DNA from: Paragordius varius
Lineage: Eukaryota > Animalia > Nematomorpha
DNA length: 64,000 nucleotides
Assembly: GCA_964247055.1 (NCBI GenBank)
Contig: OZ176056.1
Coordinates: 5,642,001-5,706,000, forward strand
Direction of reading: 5' to 3'
Position numbers and translations under genes: made by a program. The notes under the pieces were generated by a model. It saw only the letters and a list, made by a program, of their open reading frames with translations, had not been told where the DNA came from and ran no database searches. Below, piece by piece: positions 59,350 through 64,000 of the stretch (positions within the stretch are counted from its first letter, which is position 1; each line of letters starts with the position of its first letter).

Positions 59350-61252
59350 CACTAGTCGACATTTTGATATTTTTGAGCACCACCACTCAAAATTTTAAAT
59401 TATGACTAGTTTCAGCGTTCTAAAACCAAATCTAAAAAAATTTGATTCCCCCAATTAGAATTTTGAGATATTATGGGTTTTTCAATTTTTCAAAAACAAG
59501 GGAAAATCGAGAGAAAATTAAATATAACTTTATAATAAGTTATTATATTATAAAATTATTATCATTTAATGAAGCGTTTCAAATTCTATCTTTTGAGTAT
59601 AAATATGTCATTTAAATATCAGGGTGAAAAATATAGTACGGATATAAACGTCAAAATTGGTCTTTTTTTTAAGTTAATTTTAAACACGTATAAATTCATA
59701 TTTAAAAAAATACTAAAAGAGGTATTCTATGGTTTAAACCTTCGGCTTTCAGATAGGCTATATTTATTTAGTTAGTTTTCGTTATTTCTTAATAGGGTTA
59801 TTCTTACAAAAAATCCTTTATTTATACCTAGTGGATATTATTTATTTTTTAAAATGATTGGTTGGCCTGTATTTTGAATTTCAGATGGATTTTGGGTAGC
59901 CACTTTTAGTAGAATATACTATTATGGGATTGAACCATTTGTATTTACCTAATCTCTTTATTCGATTCAACGGTAGAATTTATATAATTTTATTCTGTGA
60001 ATTGGTTGACATGTCAATTTGCCTGGATTTTGCTTGCAAACCTCTCCTATCGCGCTCTACGATTACTTGTTACCTTTGCCATATCTGGCATAATTATAGG
60101 ATCGCTTGGGGGATAAGTTGCAGAGCTTCTGCAAGCCGCCATCACACCATCCTTTAGCCCTTTTAGATTTTTACTTGTTTAGTATCTCATTTTATTTAAT
60201 GCCTAGAATTTTGTTATTCATGCAAATAAAATTTTGTACAAATTTTAGTGTTGACTATAATCTATCATTTACTCGTATATCTTTGTAGGTACTTCCTTCT
60301 CAATATTTTCATTTTCTTTTTAACTACAAATTTTTAATTAATATATTCAATAAAAGGAATATTTTGCTCGCTTCATATCGGTGATGCAATTCGGAAATCT
60401 TTCAATATGTTCATCTATTATGTGTAGCTTCATAGTCATTTTACAGCCTACATTTTATAATATAATATACCCATCCGATGATAACTTTCTACAAGCTCCT
60501 GGCCTAATATTTTATACAGACTTATGTGATCCTAATATTTAAATATATATTATACCCCAGTGTTGAATTTTTTAAAGCTTCAAAAGCTTTTTTCCTTTGC
60601 AGATAATAGGTTTATAAAGTAGTTATCTTGTAAAAAATTTTTGATTAAAGGCCCATTAGCTATCTTGATCTCGGCTTTACTGACTTTATAATGATTTTGA
60701 AAGTACATGAATGAGACTGAATCTTTCTCAAGATTTTTTATGAATAAGCAGCATTTTTAGGCAGTTTATATTTTTTAATATAAAGATAAACGGCATTTTC
60801 GGATAAGGTTTTATTTAATGTATCACCAATAAATTTTCTGTAGAGTCTTCGTTAGGAAAAATGGGTGGCCCATGCTCTGTCATTATCAATTTTGGTATCA
60901 AAATATTTTGTAAAATGTTTTCCAGTATTAACATCGATATTCCGCAAGTTATTTTTCTTAAATATATATTTACCACAACAGCAAAATTTATTTGGATCAT
61001 TTTTGCATTTTCGTACTAAAATTATATGAAAATACCTGGATCAGGAATGTTACTTGTATCGACTTGCTCGTTTAAATATTTAAACATATGTACACGAGGA
61101 ATGATTGTTTTTTTAAATTAAATAGAAAATCAAAAATTAAATTTTGGAAAAATCCTATAATGGCCTCAAATATTTTTTGTTTTGGCCTTTCCATGCCATT
61201 AGGTATCTTAAAATAAAAAAAATGGGGTGGCGCGAAACCTTGTTGAGCTGTG
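59350..61252 (-). mobile_element. CMC/Chapaev3-like transposon relic inserted in the RTE endonuclease
   Basis: CAC...GTG termini with TTA / TTG (mutated) flanks; excision restores GAT TAC ATC CTT (DYIL). Minus-strand relics: KCKNDPNKFCCCGKY..KYFDTKIDNDRAWATH, KAEIKIANGPLIK, DEHIERFPN. Confidence 0.75.
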
Positions 61253-62059
61253 TAATCTATCATGGTATAAGAGTTTGCTGTTCTAAAAGTGGTAAGTTTT
61301 TTGTGGTTTTTAGTGAAGTGGGTGTTGGCTATGATTAGTTGGTTTGCTTGGTAATATTCTAATATCTGTTCTCCCATCTTGTCACTACTGCCATATCCGT
61401 TTCCGCCATGAACTTCCCTGAAGTCGTGTTCATTATTACTAATTTGCTTGTTAAAATCACCTCCTAAGAAGATGGATTCCTTGCCTGGTATTGTATTTGT
61501 TAGACCTTGGAGTTCCGTCCAAAATTATTGTTTTATTTCGTCTTTTAAACCTGGTTGAGGCACGTATATCGATATTATATTTAGGATGTAGTCATCGTGC
61601 ACAACCTTAAGCTGTAAATTCTTTCATTGTGTCTCGTTACTTGGATAACGTTTTCGCGAAGACATTTAATCGCTATCGCTACACCAGCCTGACCATTTTC
61701 TTGTCCTTGAAAGTAAATGTGTAATTGTTAGTGGTAATTGAGTTATCTCCTTTTAATCTGATTTCTTGTAAGCAGCAGATGTCAACATTGTTAGATTCGA
61801 GAAAATCAATTATCATGTGTAGTTTTCCATTTAAAGTACCGACCTTCCAGGTAGATAGGATATAAATATATTATTGTTATGATAGTTGGTAGAAGTTATT
61901 AAAAATGTATTATCAATTATTATTATCGTTTCGTTAGAGAGTTAGCAGTTTTTGAATAAGATGTGTTTCATGGTATATAGGTTGAGGCGAGGTTTTTACT
62001 TTTCACATGCCCTTGTGAAAAACTCCTTACGGAGTAGATGTTTTTGCAGACAAAACTGG

Positions 62060-62130
62060 CCTCTGCTGTTCGTTCACCAAAGGTGATCCGACCAACACCG
62101 CGGGGAGGTAGCAGTAGGACTTTGTTGGTC
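62060..62130 (-). ncRNA. HDV-like (double-pseudoknot) self-cleaving ribozyme at the RTE 5' end
   Basis: Minus-strand RNA: GACCAAC (P1) AAAGUCCUA CUGCU (P2) ACC (P3) UCCCCGC (L3) GGU (P3') GUUGGUC (P1') GG (P1.1) AUCACC-UUU-GGUGAA (P4) CGAAC (J4/2 with catalytic C) AGCAG (P2') AGG. Confidence 0.85.
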
Positions 62131-63165
62131 GTTATTTGCAGAATCCACATGAATTATGTAATTCTAAAAATTATATACATAATCAAATAATTTTTTAACC
62201 AAGCGATATTATTATTGAATTTTAAATAATATTTTTAATAATAAAACATTTTAATGTTATTGTGTCATCCATTAGTAAAACTTAGTTTCACGCTTTAAAG
62301 ATGAGGGACTCCATGTATTTTAAACTACCCATATAGTTTATAGTTAAGGCCAACCGTGGTAAATAAAAAAATCTTTTGAAGGATATCTACTAAAAGTTTG
62401 ATATACCTTTGTACATTTAGTAATTGTTGAGCTTGAGGATTTCAAGAATATATTAAGTTTTAAAATTTAAATTATATTTAAAGAAGAATTCTAAAATGCC
62501 AAAAAAGACATCGATGATGAAATGGTTGGTTCTGAGGCTTACTTTTGCTTTAGAGACATTAAATGTTTTAAATACTAGTTTTCATTATTATACCAACATA
62601 ATGATTAATCCACGCTAATAAAAAATGTTAGATGATTTTTATTTAATTTATTTTATTAATGATTCCCTTCCATTCTTATTGAGTTTAGGAAATATAGGAA
62701 TGTATTATTGTTTTATATAATTTTCAGTATAACCTCCCTCCAGTCAAATATTAAGTAACTTGGCCAATTTGATATTAAATATGCGCATTTCATTGAAGAA
62801 TACTAACTGATTCCTAGTTATATTTTAAGAAAATCCCAAAGTTGAAAAGGTACATAAATTTCGTCAAAGATGTGCCAAGCAAATGCTTATATTAAAAGAA
62901 TATTATCTTCATATGTGTCGGTTTTATAATAAGGTGCACCCCCTTAAAACTTTTTTGATTGGAAGCAATGGTCTGAAGCAGTGGTATTTAAAATCTTTAA
63001 AAGGTCACTAAAAAATATTATCTTGTCTCAAGGTCCATGCACCGATAAAATCCGAAAAATATTCATAGTTGTTTGATACATTTAACTAATAATCATAAAA
63101 AAAATATACCAAAATATTTAATAAATAGGGCCGAATGTCCCCAATTTGAGTACCATTGTCTAAAG

Positions 63166-63215
63166 CAGGGGTGTCCAACACATATAGTTTGGCGGGCCAC
63201 ATTTTTCGATAAAAA
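63166..63215. mobile_element. hAT-like MITE end
   Basis: CAGGGGTGTCCAAC...GGCGGGCCACAT; related GCGGGCCGCA fragments at ~12310, 12490, 33862. Confidence 0.45.
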
Positions 63216-64000
63216 TAATCCCATGGCAGCATTTAAATATTTATACATCTAATATTTTATTAGATTTTATACATAAGATTTTTGTAAAAACTACTTAATA
63301 ATTTAACAATTTTTTCTATGCCTACGTAAAGATGTAAAAAATGTTTGAGAAAATTAGTTTAACCTATATTGCAGGGCGCAGTTTAAATTAAGCTTTTTAA
63401 AAATCCCAGGGATATGGATTTATTTCAAAGGCTTTTATAACATGCCATTGACGATAAAAATCAAATATTCAATATTTATACCAATAATAATTATAGTCAA
63501 AACTGTTAACACTATTAACTTTTATATGTATAAAAATAGATATAGGGTACAGACAGGGTTTATAAATTTTATTGAATTATAAATATTATTGGCTAGAATA
63601 AAACATGAATCTTATTATTTGGTTCAAAAGTTTACACTTTGAAAATTTAATTAAACACAGTTATTAGCCCGATATAATAAATCACAAATTTGTTAAAATA
63701 TAATCAGACGGATTTTCAGTTAATTTTTATTTTAATAAATCATTTTTTGGCTTATTAATATAATTAGTCGGTAAATTGGTGAAGTTTTTTTTAATGTGGT
63801 ATAATCGAAAAGGCATAAAGTGTGAACAATTTATTAAGAAAAATGCAATTTTTAAAATAATAGAAACTTATATTTTAAGAAATAATATTTTAAAATTATT
63901 AAATATAAAAACTAACATATGAAACCATTATAATTTATTTGCCTGTTGTAGGGTTTTTTTTCAATGTAAAAATAACGGTGAGAAGGGGGATTAAGGTGAC

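Larger units (their letters stand above)
57044..62131 (-). mobile_element. Full-length RTE-clade LINE (APE-RT), decayed and interrupted by a DNA transposon
   Basis: 13-bp TSD ATTCTGCAAATAA (plus strand 57031-57043 and 62132-62144). APE: TWKVGTLNG..DICCLQE (~61850-61760) and YTMIDY/ILL. RT: IPHDWSKRITIPIYKNKGDR..SYRPLKLL, LHQGFVLSPLLF; FADD motif broken by a deletion (~57950). C-terminus ALTYATETW..RLKYLGHIERR. About 3.2 kb once the 59350-61252 insert is removed. Confidence 0.92.

Overview
Very AT-rich, intron-rich eukaryotic (invertebrate animal-like) DNA with no prokaryotic features. It holds two host genes, reconstructed by hand exon by exon. (1) An AMPA-type ionotropic glutamate receptor on the minus strand (823-7184; first signal-peptide exon unresolved). 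(2) A 33-exon PFAS/FGAM synthase gene on the plus strand (~27940-56671; about 1,630-1,690 aa, much longer than typical animal PFAS). A decayed, inverted, head-to-head duplicate of the receptor's N-terminal exons lies at ~14850-18115. The rest is layered transposons: a full-length decayed Ty3/Gypsy element with LTRs and a 5-bp TSD, a full-length RTE LINE with a 13-bp TSD, further RTE and L2/CR1 relics, CMC/Chapaev3-like elements (CAC..GTG ends, TTA TSD), hAT MITEs, a Helitron, and TTAA- and TA-flanked MITEs. The most notable observations are three consecutive 23, 23 and 25 nt GT-AG introns that are needed to keep the PFAS frame, and a complete HDV-like self-cleaving ribozyme fold at the 5' boundary of the RTE element. 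All coordinates and alignments were made by eye; no searches were run.
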